57,740 nucleotides of DNA from Candidatus Falkowbacteria bacterium (GCA_009885285.1 VFKX01000060.1:1-57740); one strand, 5' to 3'; shown: positions 9,370 through 19,324, counted from the stretch's first letter. Program-made: numbers and translations. The notes: a model not told the origin generated them from the letters alone.

Positions 9370-10214
9370 TTATGGCGCACAAGTTCCGAGATTAGGAGCG
9401 CCGCCGCAAGCACCGCACTGAGAAGCGTAAGAGGAAGGAGATGTCTGGCAACCAGATGGCCGACAACCATTACTACAGGTGCCATACCAGTTACTCGACG
9501 GACATTTCACGCTATATGTACAAATATTTCCGCTGCAAGTACCAGACGTGGAATTACAGCAAACATTGCTTTGGCAGCCAGTGCAATTACTGTTAGTATT
9601 GCAATTACAATATGTACTCAAAACCGGGCTGCCTCCGACACATCCGGTCGGGTAGCTCGCCGTGACTGATCTGGTCATTGAGTTGCCGCTACAGGAACTC
9701 CAAGCGGTATAACTCCAGCCAGTACAAGTAGCGCAGGCGCCGCAATCCCCCGGACAATTACCACAGGTATCGCTGCCATTACAAGTTCCATCACCGCAAT
9801 ACGGAGCACATTGACCGCAATCATTGGGGCAAGTCGAGCAAGATTCGCTAAACGTATAAGGACAACTCTGGCAGATATTATCGCCACAATCTAAAATATA
9901 GGTGCCAGAGGGACGATGATTTACAAAAGATAGCAGTCGGCATTCGAGGCCGTCGGGATAAAATAGTCAGTTCCAGTAGTATTACAGACTCTAAGACCTT
10001 TGAATACGCCATACGGCCTCATAGACGGAGTAGTTTGATAAGCCAAGGATCGATAACCGGATTCATTAGTTCCTTCCCCAAACACAAGAAAAGGGATGAA
10101 ACATAAAAAAAGCAGGACCGCCAAGCTCAAAAATTTATAATCTTTTAAGATTTTTTTCATCCTTTTAATTAATTTACATTTTTTCATATCCCAGTTCTTA
10201 TAATTATTATACAA
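9370..10214 (-). pseudogene. Cys-rich secreted protein gene interrupted by an apparent -1 frameshift (or an assembly indel)
   Basis: ORF 9921-10214 encodes a signal/TM segment (FLSLAVLLFLCFIPFLVFG) and stops at TAA. The Cys-rich frame (CGDNICQSC..CPNDCGQC..CGDGTCNGSDTCGNCPGDCGAC..) is open from about 9965 to 9370, but its only ATG is at 9678. Confidence 0.5.
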
Positions 10215-10237
10215 TTTATCGAATTCTATAGCAATAT

Positions 10238-10264
10238 AAAAAAAGGGCGCTCATTGCAGCGCCC
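10238..10264 (-). terminator. Rho-independent terminator
   Basis: GGGCGCT/AGCGCCC stem. On the minus strand it is followed by T7. Confidence 0.65.
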
Positions 10265-10272
10265 CATTAACA

Positions 10273-11610
10273 CTAATTTTTCATCAAACGAATACCGGTT
10301 CCTAACTGGAATTTCATAATCTTGCTATATGCGAACTCGCAATTATTGGCATTGATTTCAGCTATGACAGCCCCGGAGCCAAAAGCATCGGAAGACCACC
10401 AATTAGCCGACTTGCCTAGTTCATGAAACTCGGCTATACCTGAATTTCTAGTGAGCTCACCCATACCGCCATTAGGTAAAGCGGTGAAACCTGACTTATT
10501 AGTCGCCACCATAGCTGAATATAGCCAATGGGTAAAACCGACTTCCATTAATTTAATACCAGTCTCTGGGCCGCCCTGACTACATGCACTGCAATTCGGA
10601 ACAGGATCCACTAGTTCTCCTAAATGACTCCATTCCATACCTGTAGGCATATGCCAGCCACTAATCAACCCTCTGGAATCACTAGCCACATACCAGTTAT
10701 ATAAGCCGCCGTAAACCTTACCTATCTCGGCATCGTTATTATACCAGCAATAGGCTGGGGTAGTTAATGCGGCCCAAGTTGTTCCATCAGTGACATTCGG
10801 AATGGGGTCGCCATTAGCAAAATGCGTGCCTTTGAAGTTTTCCTGCAACCAAGTTTGGTCGCCGATCTTAATCGCATGATACATATTGCCATCATAGTCA
10901 GTCACGGCATAAGTGGCAAACTTAGCTACTTCTGTCACTGTTATTCCGGCCACATTCTTCGCTCCAACGGTAAAGGAGTATTCACCTCCCACCTGCAGTC
11001 CGGAAATAGACAAAGAAACGTCAATAGAATCCAAACCTGAATATGTGACTGTCAAAGTGTCGGTAATGGTAGCGGTAGCGTTCTTTAAGCCGTAAGTAAA
11101 CCAGACTTTCGTCCCGTCCTCATTCGGCTTTACTTTTGCATTAAGCTTGGCTGATGTCAGAGTGACATTAGTCACTGGCTTCACAACAACACCGGGTTTA
11201 ACCAACTCTTTGTAAGTAGTGAACCGGCTGGCTGAAGTGATAGGGCTGACACCAGCCCTGTTCTTAGCTCCAGCGGTGTAAACATAAGCTGTACCAGCTT
11301 GCAGTCCGGTAACAGTCAGATAAACATCGACTGAGTCCTGTCCAGAATAAGTAACATCAAGGGTATCGGTAACTGTTGTAGCCAATCCCTCAGCTCCGTA
11401 AGTAAACCAAACCTTGGTACCGTCCTCATGGGGCACGACTTTAGCGTTCAGCGTGGCCGCGGTAAAACTGATAGCGGTAGCTGGTTTAATCACAATCCCG
11501 GCCATAACGGGCGGAATGATTGGGGATATAGGCTCATCAGGATGGCAAGCCGACAAAATGGTTATGGCTATAGCCATAACAGCGAATAATCTAAATAACT
11601 TTGTTTTCAT
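10273..11610 (-). CDS. Lipoprotein with two Fn3-like repeats and a FISUMP (Fibrobacter succinogenes major paralogous) domain
   Basis: Lipobox ILSAC. Two ~95-aa tandem repeats (LNAKV.P.EDGTKVWFTYG...). C-terminal YDGNMYHAIKIGDQTWLQENF...YGGLYNWY...GWHMPT...W motifs. Confidence 0.7.
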   Translation of the reverse strand: MKTKLFRLFAVMAIAITILSACHPDEPISPIIPPVMAGIVIKPATAISFTAATLNAKVVPHEDGTKVWFTYGAEGLATTVTDTLDVTYSGQDSVDVYLTVTGLQAGTAYVYTAGAKNRAGVSPITSASRFTTYKELVKPGVVVKPVTNVTLTSAKLNAKVKPNEDGTKVWFTYGLKNATATITDTLTVTYSGLDSIDVSLSISGLQVGGEYSFTVGAKNVAGITVTEVAKFATYAVTDYDGNMYHAIKIGDQTWLQENFKGTHFANGDPIPNVTDGTTWAALTTPAYCWYNNDAEIGKVYGGLYNWYVASDSRGLISGWHMPTGMEWSHLGELVDPVPNCSACSQGGPETGIKLMEVGFTHWLYSAMVATNKSGFTALPNGGMGELTRNSGIAEFHELGKSANWWSSDAFGSGAVIAEINANNCEFAYSKIMKFQLGTGIRLMKN

Positions 11611-11800
11611 TACTATTTTCTCCTTTTTTATTATTTATTTGTTAAAGAATTTCAGTATTTGTTTATGATTGTATATTGACATTATTATAGTATATTGTCA
11701 AATAATGGAAGATGTTTAGGCTTATTTACTTAATTACTAAGGAAATTACCTGATTAAACTAGCTAATCATGTACAAATTAACGACAGGCTCAAAATAAAA

Positions 11801-11837
11801 AAACCCGCCCACCAGCTGGCGTACAGGTTCTTTTTTT
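11801..11837 (-). terminator. Rho-independent terminator containing a CCAGCTGG core
   Basis: On the minus strand, a hairpin AACCTGTACGCC-AGCT-GGTGGGCGGGTT (with G-U pairs) is followed by T7. Confidence 0.5.
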
Positions 11838-11860
11838 ATACAATTTTTCTCTTGAATCCC

Positions 11861-14239
11861 CTAATCAATCGCCAAAATCGGCTGACCAATATATTTAAAG
11901 AGCTCCTTTAAGGTCCGAATGTGAACTTTCCGTCCGTTAACAATAATATAAATGCGCGGATTGGTGCGTGAGCGAACCAGGGTACCATTGCGGAATGTCT
12001 GAGTGCCTAAAACTTTCTTTATAGGCGTCGAACTAGCGAGACCCGGTTTGCTTAGTGTCTGGAAGCCTAAGCGCTCATCTTCCCCTCCCAGCTGACTACT
12101 GCAGGCCTGCGCGCGAGCCAATTGTTGAGCAGCCGTCATCGAGCAAATAGCCGGCTCTTGAATCAATACATCGCGATATTGGATCACTTGATTAACGCAA
12201 TCACCCCAAGGGCCATAGAAAACAGAGGCACAAGCTGGAGCACTGCCGCCGGAACCGCCTCCGCCTTGATTACCATTCTTCTTCTCCTCTTTGGCCACAA
12301 TGTTTATCGTCCTCGTTACAGTCTTAGCAATATTACCGGCGTCATCTTTGACGTTATAGGCAACAGAATAGGCACCAATCGGACTTGATGATGATATCGG
12401 GTTTTTAGTTACCATGGCTTTTGTAAGATCGCCGTCAACATTGTCTAGCGCCGTGGCGCCGGCGTCCTGATAATCATTTCCGACCATGACATTAACAATC
12501 GTGTTGCCGCTTAGTGTAATAACTGGGGCAGTCTTATCCGCCTCGGTAAAGCTGGTCTGCCAGCGCAGATAAGGATAGCCGTCATTCAGGCTCTCATTGA
12601 TCGCCCAAATACTCTCAAAATCCCAGCCAACAAAGCTAGGCTGAGACTTCATCTCAACGTCCGTCAGGCCATGAGTATTATCGCAATTAGTCCCACCAGC
12701 ATCTGATCCGCACATTCTGGTGTACCCCGAAGTATCTTTATCCCAATAGGAACCGCTTTGACTCCCACCGGCATACTGCCAGCCGATTAAGCCGCCATTG
12801 CCAGAGTAGTCACTAACCTGAACCGTAGAATATGAATTGGTAATCATGCCACCGCTAATCCAATGTTCATTTAAGCCGACGAGGCCGCCGCCCTGGTAGG
12901 TGGTCACACGACCCTTGGTATAAGAATCTTCAATCAGGCCGTCATAATTCTGTCCGGCAATTAAGCCAGCATAACCGCCTTCACCGATCGTCATATCAGC
13001 CCAGCTCTGAGAAATCAGGCCGGAGTTCTGCGAAGCGAAGCCGCCGCATTTGCCGGTACACTGGAGCTTACCGACAATAGAACTCTGGTCAATTGTTCCG
13101 AAGTTTAAATTCGTAATGCCGCCACAATATTGAGAGCCGCAACGAATATCGGCGCGACGGAAATTTACTCCACTGATTTTAGCTCCAGTACCTAAAGTAT
13201 TAAAGACGCCGCTATTGTCACTGACATTTTGATATAAATCAAAAATACTAAAATTATTACCTTGTAGCGAACCGGTAAAGCTTGAGGATGAACCGCCAAT
13301 CGGCAGGAGGCCGTGGCCACTATTCCAGTTCTTGGAATCAGCGCAATCAATATCATTCTTCAGTTCATAGTGCCAGATCATGTGCTGATCAATGTCCTGA
13401 AGTTCTTGGCAATTTGTAATCGGCGCCGGATTACCTAAGGTACCTGGTCCGTAATTATTAATGATGACGGGTAATGTCAAAGTCGCAATATTACCGGTAT
13501 TATCGGTTAAGACGGCATAGAGATTATTTTGGCCATCAGATACGGCAGTGGTGTCCCAGGTAAAGTTAAAGGAGGCGGCATAATTATAGCTATTCCCGTC
13601 GCGTTCGCTTAACGTTAGGCACTTAATACTATTAGCCGGAGTACTAGTACCGTATTGCAGGCAGACATCCTTCACTAAAGATTCGGAATCAGCGGTCGTC
13701 ACATTGATAACTAAGTTTAAACCAGAGATTTCGGCATTGCTCGCTAAGTCGGAAAAATAGCCGGTCGGAGCAGTTATATCCGCACAGCCGTTATCGGTCA
13801 GGCCGTCGCAGTCGTTATCAAGAGAATCGCCGCACACTTCTTTTCCCGTCGCCCTGCACATATAATTGTCGCAGGCATTACCAAGATGGTCACAATCATC
13901 ATCGGCTTGATCGGAATTTGCAACTGAAGCGCAATTATCGCAGCTATCACCCAGATGATCATTATCAGCATCAGCTTGAGTGACGTTAGCTAAGTTCGCG
14001 CAATTATCACAGACATTACCAATACCGTCGCCGTCAACGTCAGACTGATCAGCGTTAGCGAGATTGACGCAGTTATCCAGAGAATCATAAATGCCATCCC
14101 CATCACGGTCGATGTCGCCGGGAATCTCGATGGCGCTAGCAGTTTGAAACACGAAGCAGGTGCCAAGTAACAAGGCGAAAATCAAGAGGGCGAGTTTTTG
14201 TCTAACCAAGGAACGGGTCAAGCTTTGGACTTTATTCAT
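11861..14239 (-). CDS. Large secreted surface protein: thrombospondin type-3 Asp repeats, GLUG-like repeats, Ig-like (DUF5011-type) domain, 4-Cys module, C-terminal repeat
   Basis: Signal peptide. DxDxDGxxDxxDNC repeated about 5 times. GGLVGLN/GGLIGW motifs. APVITLSGN...DNVDGDLT. C-terminal CASVFYGPWGDC...QYRD and GTLVRSRTNPRIYIIVNGRKVHIRTLKELFKYIGQPILAID. Confidence 0.7.
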   Translation of the reverse strand: MNKVQSLTRSLVRQKLALLIFALLLGTCFVFQTASAIEIPGDIDRDGDGIYDSLDNCVNLANADQSDVDGDGIGNVCDNCANLANVTQADADNDHLGDSCDNCASVANSDQADDDCDHLGNACDNYMCRATGKEVCGDSLDNDCDGLTDNGCADITAPTGYFSDLASNAEISGLNLVINVTTADSESLVKDVCLQYGTSTPANSIKCLTLSERDGNSYNYAASFNFTWDTTAVSDGQNNLYAVLTDNTGNIATLTLPVIINNYGPGTLGNPAPITNCQELQDIDQHMIWHYELKNDIDCADSKNWNSGHGLLPIGGSSSSFTGSLQGNNFSIFDLYQNVSDNSGVFNTLGTGAKISGVNFRRADIRCGSQYCGGITNLNFGTIDQSSIVGKLQCTGKCGGFASQNSGLISQSWADMTIGEGGYAGLIAGQNYDGLIEDSYTKGRVTTYQGGGLVGLNEHWISGGMITNSYSTVQVSDYSGNGGLIGWQYAGGSQSGSYWDKDTSGYTRMCGSDAGGTNCDNTHGLTDVEMKSQPSFVGWDFESIWAINESLNDGYPYLRWQTSFTEADKTAPVITLSGNTIVNVMVGNDYQDAGATALDNVDGDLTKAMVTKNPISSSSPIGAYSVAYNVKDDAGNIAKTVTRTINIVAKEEKKNGNQGGGGSGGSAPACASVFYGPWGDCVNQVIQYRDVLIQEPAICSMTAAQQLARAQACSSQLGGEDERLGFQTLSKPGLASSTPIKKVLGTQTFRNGTLVRSRTNPRIYIIVNGRKVHIRTLKELFKYIGQPILAID

Positions 14240-14293
14240 ATGAATGAGTTTGTCTAATGATTCCTCAAAGGAATCGATTAATTATATAATTTA

Positions 14294-14323
14294 AACCTAG
14301 CACATGAGAGCGGGGGCTGTAAA
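14294..14323 (-). promoter_or_regulatory. Candidate sigma70 promoter (TTTACA-N18-TGcTAGGTT) within a conserved element
   Basis: Minus strand reads TTTACAGCCCCCGCTCTCATGTGCTAGGTT. A near-identical element lies at 17399-17427. Confidence 0.45.
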
Positions 14324-14362
14324 CATAATTAATCCCTATATTCTTATGTTTCACTAATCTTC

Positions 14363-14408
14363 AAAACATAAAAGAGTCTGGAATTTCTTCCAGACTCTTT
14401 TATGTTTT
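14363..14408 (-). terminator. Long perfect hairpin terminator
   Basis: 21-bp perfect inverted repeat AAAACATAAAAGAGTCTGGAA/TTCCAGACTCTTTTATGTTTT with a 4-nt loop, 15 nt after the stop of the 952-aa gene. Confidence 0.75.
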
Positions 14409-14422
14409 CTCTTGAAACTATA

Positions 14423-17281
14423 TTATTCAATTTGCATGATTGGTTGACCGGCGTATTTAGCCAATTCAGCCAAGGAGCGGATATGGACCTTAACGCCGTT
14501 TATAATGACGAAGACCTTCTTATCACCCTTGGAACGGACTAAGGTGCCGTTAGTATATTTCTGGCTTCCTAACACTTGGTTATATGAAGCAATAACGCTC
14601 TCGTCAACCGAGATAATCACTTTGCCTTTATATTTGGCTAATTCTTTAAGGCTAGATACATACTTCAAGGTATTTTCGCTCACAACAACATGAATCTTGC
14701 CGTTAAGCTTAGAGCGGAACAAGGTACCGACTGCATATTTCTGAACACCTAATACCTGCTGTCCGCCAACATTCTGTTGACCATTTCCCTGTCCATTCTT
14801 CTGACCGTTGTTTTCTCCGTTATTAACGCCGTTATTACCGTTATCATTATTAGCCTGGCCGCATGTTCGTGAGCGGGCGACTTGCTGTTCAGCTGTTAGC
14901 GAACAAGAAGAAGGAATCTGGCTAGTAATATCTCTATACTGAGTGCCGCCAGCACAATTGCCCCATTCGCCATAAACTACACTTGAGCAAGTCTGAGGAG
15001 TATATGATCCTCCGCCACCGCCAACACTACCTCCCGGATCAAGTGGAGTAACTTTTACAGTCACAACGTAATCTTGAGTTGTGCTGTCACCAGCCACAAC
15101 GGTGTATGTAACAGGGCCACTAAAATCATTGACTGTTACTCCGCTAGACTGAGTAGTAGTCCCTACCTTAACTGACGCTCCGGAAAATGAGAATGAAGCA
15201 AGAAGCGTGCCAACGTTTGTACCGCTGGGCATAGTTATCTTGATTGTCTTATTAGTTTCATTCAGTTCAGTTGCTCCGCTCTGGTTATAGATGGAAAAGG
15301 CGGTGAGAGTGGCTACGTTACTTAAGGTTGTCATCGGCTCATCAATATACCAAGGATTATAGACAACGTTCCCTAAAGTTGAGCTAGCTGTCGGGCCAGT
15401 CACAACACCCCAGTAATTTTCAGTAGCATTAAATGCTCCAGTCATCTCATTTTTAATCTTTAATAAGATCTGGCCATCAATCATATTCATGAATTTATTA
15501 TCATGAATATTTAAAGCACTGCCGGTAAAGTCCGGTTGATTGTCCCAGGTTGTAGCTCCGATTGCAGAATAATATTGGCTATGGAATCCATCTTTATCTG
15601 TCCAGCTCCACACCTTATTACCATCAAATAAATTATGACTAATATCAACAGTCCAATTATCCAAGAAGCTATCAAAAGTAACTCCGGAATTATTGAAGAT
15701 GTTATTTATCACAGTCGCGGTTCTAGAAGAAGTAGCTCGGTTATTATTAAAATAAACACCGGAGCCATACTTAGAAATATCATCACCGTTATAATTATCT
15801 ACATTAGCATACAGAGCTTTTGAAATTGGATTGAACTGACAAGCTTCAGCTCGGAAATTATTTCCCAGCACTTCTATCGCCTTATTCGGTTCAATCTTAT
15901 TCATAATTCCCAAACCTTTGAATGTGACGTTGTCACCAAAAACTGTAATCAAGTTCTGTGAAGCCCAAGAACCATTAGGTGTTTCCTGGGTGCTATAAAT
16001 ATTAGCTGCCACGTCTGATGCTTGAGTAATTTCATTACCACTTGCATCAACACCGACAAAAGTCAGGTTATTTTTAGTGACAGCCATGTACCAACCAGCT
16101 TGGCCTGAAACCATAGTCACATCATCCTTAACTAAATTATAGTCTCCAGGAGCTATTTTAATAGTATCACCATCATGAGCTACTATCAGCGCATCGTGAA
16201 TTGTATAATATTGAACAACCTGCGGTAGCATACTGGCTAAGGCGGTAACAGCTTCTGAGTCAATCTCTGCATATTCATTACTATCAGTATCTAACCAACC
16301 ACCAGTGGTAATAAACACACTTGTGCTAGCTAAGTACGAAGCAGCATCGCTAGCCCGAGAATCAGAAATTAACTTAAGAGATCTTAAAGCATAGGAAGTA
16401 ACTTGAACTTTGCCATCAGTCACTTTTCCATATGATCCTAAATAACCGGCAGCAGTATCAGCTACTAAATTATTGGAAAAAGTAGCAACACTAGCGTCAT
16501 CATTAATTAATTTAGCAGCTTTTAGAGAGGCAGCTAAACCTAAATCATAATTATTAACGGTACTGACAAATGCAGTACTAGTGGCTTCAGCAATAATAGC
16601 ATTAGCAATTTCTGTCGCATGAACAGTATCATTTACTAAAGTTGCATACTCAACATACGGAACTAAATCCCACATCACAATACCATCAGGAGTAGTCACA
16701 GCTCCTCTTTTTATCTTATCTCCAGCCAGTAAACCAGCCGCATCTAAACATCCACTCGCACACATGGTAGATGGTGCAGAATAGATAGCCTGAAAATATT
16801 CAGCGGCTTTGGTGGCATAGCTAGCAACACCAGATTCAGCGGATAATTTCTGCAAGAAAAGGACGTTATAGGCATTAATGTTTTTTGGAGAAGAAGAGTC
16901 AATGTTAGTAATTATATAATCACCAGACTTCTTGGCAGCTTCCAGATATGCCTGGTCGCCGGTAACTTTATAGGCACTAAGCAGTCCTTCAGCCGTGACA
17001 CCAGAGACGTTTAAATAAGTTGCGGCACTTGGACCAGTGGCTCCAGTTACTACCCAATCCCATGATCCGTTACTGTTCTGCAAAGTGACCAGGCGATTAG
17101 CCGTCTTCACGATAGCATTATAGTAAGTGGCGTTAACCGGGCTATTAACAACATTTAACGTTGTTGACATATTAACTGCGTGAGCATCAGATACAAAAAA
17201 ACCGCCTAAAACAATAGCGGTCACAGACATCAAAAGATACTTCATTACACAAAAACGCTGGTTCGCGATAGCTGCTTTCAT
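14423..17281 (-). CDS. Large secreted surface protein: alpha/alpha-toroid-like N-terminal region, beta-helix-like region, cadherin-like beta sandwich, 4-Cys module, Asn/Gly-rich linker, two C-terminal repeats
   Basis: Signal peptide. SNGSWDW. Repeated N-rich beta-helix-like segments. LTAFSI...TYTVVAGDSTTQDYVVTVKV. CSSVVYGEWGNC..QYRD. NNDNGNNGVNNGENNGQKNGQGNGQQN. Two copies of GTL[FV]RSK...SL.ELAKY.G..I. Confidence 0.7.
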   Translation of the reverse strand: MKAAIANQRFCVMKYLLMSVTAIVLGGFFVSDAHAVNMSTTLNVVNSPVNATYYNAIVKTANRLVTLQNSNGSWDWVVTGATGPSAATYLNVSGVTAEGLLSAYKVTGDQAYLEAAKKSGDYIITNIDSSSPKNINAYNVLFLQKLSAESGVASYATKAAEYFQAIYSAPSTMCASGCLDAAGLLAGDKIKRGAVTTPDGIVMWDLVPYVEYATLVNDTVHATEIANAIIAEATSTAFVSTVNNYDLGLAASLKAAKLINDDASVATFSNNLVADTAAGYLGSYGKVTDGKVQVTSYALRSLKLISDSRASDAASYLASTSVFITTGGWLDTDSNEYAEIDSEAVTALASMLPQVVQYYTIHDALIVAHDGDTIKIAPGDYNLVKDDVTMVSGQAGWYMAVTKNNLTFVGVDASGNEITQASDVAANIYSTQETPNGSWASQNLITVFGDNVTFKGLGIMNKIEPNKAIEVLGNNFRAEACQFNPISKALYANVDNYNGDDISKYGSGVYFNNNRATSSRTATVINNIFNNSGVTFDSFLDNWTVDISHNLFDGNKVWSWTDKDGFHSQYYSAIGATTWDNQPDFTGSALNIHDNKFMNMIDGQILLKIKNEMTGAFNATENYWGVVTGPTASSTLGNVVYNPWYIDEPMTTLSNVATLTAFSIYNQSGATELNETNKTIKITMPSGTNVGTLLASFSFSGASVKVGTTTQSSGVTVNDFSGPVTYTVVAGDSTTQDYVVTVKVTPLDPGGSVGGGGGSYTPQTCSSVVYGEWGNCAGGTQYRDITSQIPSSCSLTAEQQVARSRTCGQANNDNGNNGVNNGENNGQKNGQGNGQQNVGGQQVLGVQKYAVGTLFRSKLNGKIHVVVSENTLKYVSSLKELAKYKGKVIISVDESVIASYNQVLGSQKYTNGTLVRSKGDKKVFVIINGVKVHIRSLAELAKYAGQPIMQIE

Positions 17282-17398
17282 AATTTTTTGAAAAATTTAA
17301 TTTATCTTATGATAAATCTTATTTTTTTATTATTTTTTTAAGCTCTATATATAAATATGTCTTTAACAATATTATAAAATATATTTATTGACGCTTAA

Positions 17399-17427
17399 AC
17401 CTTAGCACAGGAGAGTGCTTGTGTAAA
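17399..17427 (-). promoter_or_regulatory. Candidate sigma70 promoter (TTTACA-N17-TGcTAAGGT) within a conserved element
   Basis: Minus strand reads TTTACACAAGCACTCTCCTGTGCTAAGGT. This is homologous to 14294-14323. Confidence 0.45.
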
Positions 17428-17491
17428 TACAAAATATCATTAAATATAGGTTATTTATGCACAAACACGAATCACAAAATCATGTCAAATT

Positions 17492-17524
17492 AAAAAACTT
17501 CTAATTATTTTTAGAAGTTTTTTT
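17492..17524 (-). terminator. Rho-independent terminator
   Basis: AACTTCTAA/TTAGAAGTT stem flanked by A- and T-runs, so it could work in both directions. Confidence 0.6.
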
Positions 17525-17541
17525 ATCTAACTTATCTATAA

Positions 17542-19200
17542 TTAGAACACAATCAACATAATCAACAACCCAATCAGCCCCAAGCCCGACATAATCACAT
17601 GCGGATGCTGCTTGCGGATATTAATAAAGATATTGAGGCCGAGGACGCACATCATCAGACCCAAGAGAATATAGAAATAAGTAGCGCTGGCATCAAAAAT
17701 CTTCCCCAGTCCGGAATTCGGATGCGCCTTAAACAAGCGGTACTGAGCAGCCAGCGAAGTGACTTGCGGCTTCACGCTCTCGGGACTCACCATCACTTGC
17801 GCGGTGTTCCCTGCTTTGTCGGTCGCCACGATACTCGGCGGTACGACAGTCGCCTCGGTTGCCGGCGCATTAGCCACCGCGATTTGCCCGGTCCATAAAG
17901 TTTCGGCTGGTTTAGCCGCTTCGGAGTAGACCGGACTATCACTCACTACTGGAGTCAAAACAATATTTGTATCTTGCACCGAGGCCACCGCACTCTGAGT
18001 TTCACTCGGCAAGAGAGCCTCAACTTTAATCACCTTCTCCGCCGGCTTCCCGGCCGGAGTATCAACCGTAATAGTCGCTTGCTTCGGGGTCAGGAGCGGG
18101 GCTACAGCCACTTTTTTCGGGGCGATGGTCTTCTCGGACAGGACCGCCTGCTGACCAGCCTCCACGGCCTTATCAGGGGCAACTTTCACCACCGGCTTCG
18201 CTGCTTCAGCTTCGACAGTGTTCGGCAAAGCAAAATACTGAGCCATGAAAACCGTGTCAGTATCAGAGTATGTGCCGCCGGCTAAACCGACGCCGATTTG
18301 CGAATAATTTTCATCAATTATATTGGCGTAATGAGTCGGGCTCTTTTTCCAAGCCGCCATCGCTTCCTCGGCGTTAGCATAACCCATCGCCAAGTTCTCG
18401 CCCACGACCGCATAGTCGCGATAGCCGACTAAGGCCAGGAAATGCTCGAGGTCTAAACCGCGCGGCGAGACATGGGCGAAATACTGATTAATGAACATGT
18501 CTTCGACTTTCTTGGCAGCCGCAGCGTTAAGCTTCGGGCTTTCAACTAAGGCCTTAAGAGATAGACTGGATCTTAATTCATTAGTGAGCGCAATAATCTT
18601 CCGGCCTTCCCCGGCCGCGATATCAGGCGTCATCCAGGCTAGCAGTGGGTATGAAGCCACAAACATCACCACCACTAACTTAACCGCAATAGCGGCCACA
18701 GCATGGAAGATCAGGCGACGCGGATGGAGAGCGTGCGGATGGTAATTATTACCAGCGTGAGGAATGAAAAAATCCTTCATCTTCTGGCCGGTGGCCGGAT
18801 TCCGGCCCTGTTTCAACTCTTCCCCGTCAGGCACGCCATCGCCGTCAGTATCAGCGTTATAGGGGTCAGATTTAAAAACATTAACCTCCTCCCAGTCGCT
18901 CAAACCGTCGCCATCAGAGTCAATCAGGAACTTCGGTTCGATTAAAGGCACGACCTTCCCTTTCAGAGTCCGCTTAGCCTTGATTTTATAGACTTTAGTA
19001 GGAGTTTTAGCTTTAACGGCCGGTTTCTTAGGCTTAACCGATGTTTTTACAGCAGTTTTCGCGGTTTTTACCGCTTTAGCCTTAACCTTAGGCTGCGCCG
19101 CTAAAACCGGACGGGTTTTAACCGTCTTTTTAACCGCTTTTATCGTTATTTTAGGCTCAATTTTAGCCTTTTTGACAGCTTTTTTGATAGCTTTAGGCAT
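17542..19200 (-). CDS. CAP/SCP/PR1-like domain protein with Lys-rich N-terminus, TSP3-like Asp repeats and a C-terminal TM anchor
   Basis: DSDGDGLSDWEE and DTDGDGVPDGEE. YFAHVSPRG...VGENLAMGY...AWKKSPTHYANI..YSQIGVG (CAP core). C-terminal hydrophobic helices. Confidence 0.7.
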   Translation of the reverse strand: MPKAIKKAVKKAKIEPKITIKAVKKTVKTRPVLAAQPKVKAKAVKTAKTAVKTSVKPKKPAVKAKTPTKVYKIKAKRTLKGKVVPLIEPKFLIDSDGDGLSDWEEVNVFKSDPYNADTDGDGVPDGEELKQGRNPATGQKMKDFFIPHAGNNYHPHALHPRRLIFHAVAAIAVKLVVVMFVASYPLLAWMTPDIAAGEGRKIIALTNELRSSLSLKALVESPKLNAAAAKKVEDMFINQYFAHVSPRGLDLEHFLALVGYRDYAVVGENLAMGYANAEEAMAAWKKSPTHYANIIDENYSQIGVGLAGGTYSDTDTVFMAQYFALPNTVEAEAAKPVVKVAPDKAVEAGQQAVLSEKTIAPKKVAVAPLLTPKQATITVDTPAGKPAEKVIKVEALLPSETQSAVASVQDTNIVLTPVVSDSPVYSEAAKPAETLWTGQIAVANAPATEATVVPPSIVATDKAGNTAQVMVSPESVKPQVTSLAAQYRLFKAHPNSGLGKIFDASATYFYILLGLMMCVLGLNIFINIRKQHPHVIMSGLGLIGLLIMLIVF

Positions 19201-19324
19201 ATGATATTCTCTGGTCTAAATTTATCATAATTATGGGTAGTGTGTCAAAGATGTTTGACAATACCTCATAATTATTATAATTTAAGAAGGTAAATCTTTC
19301 TTTAACAATCAAATATTTAGACAC

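Noticed and set aside
9675-9887. Track ORF of 70 aa (Ala/Val/Ile-rich) on the minus strand.
   Set aside because: It is an off-frame reading of the Cys-rich repeat region. The Cys-rich frame is open across the whole interval.
9915-9935. Programmed -1 ribosomal frameshifting in the Cys-rich gene.
   Set aside because: There is no canonical X-XXY-YYZ slippery heptamer and no obvious downstream pseudoknot. An indel in the T-run or a pseudogene is more likely. It is kept only as a low-interest finding.
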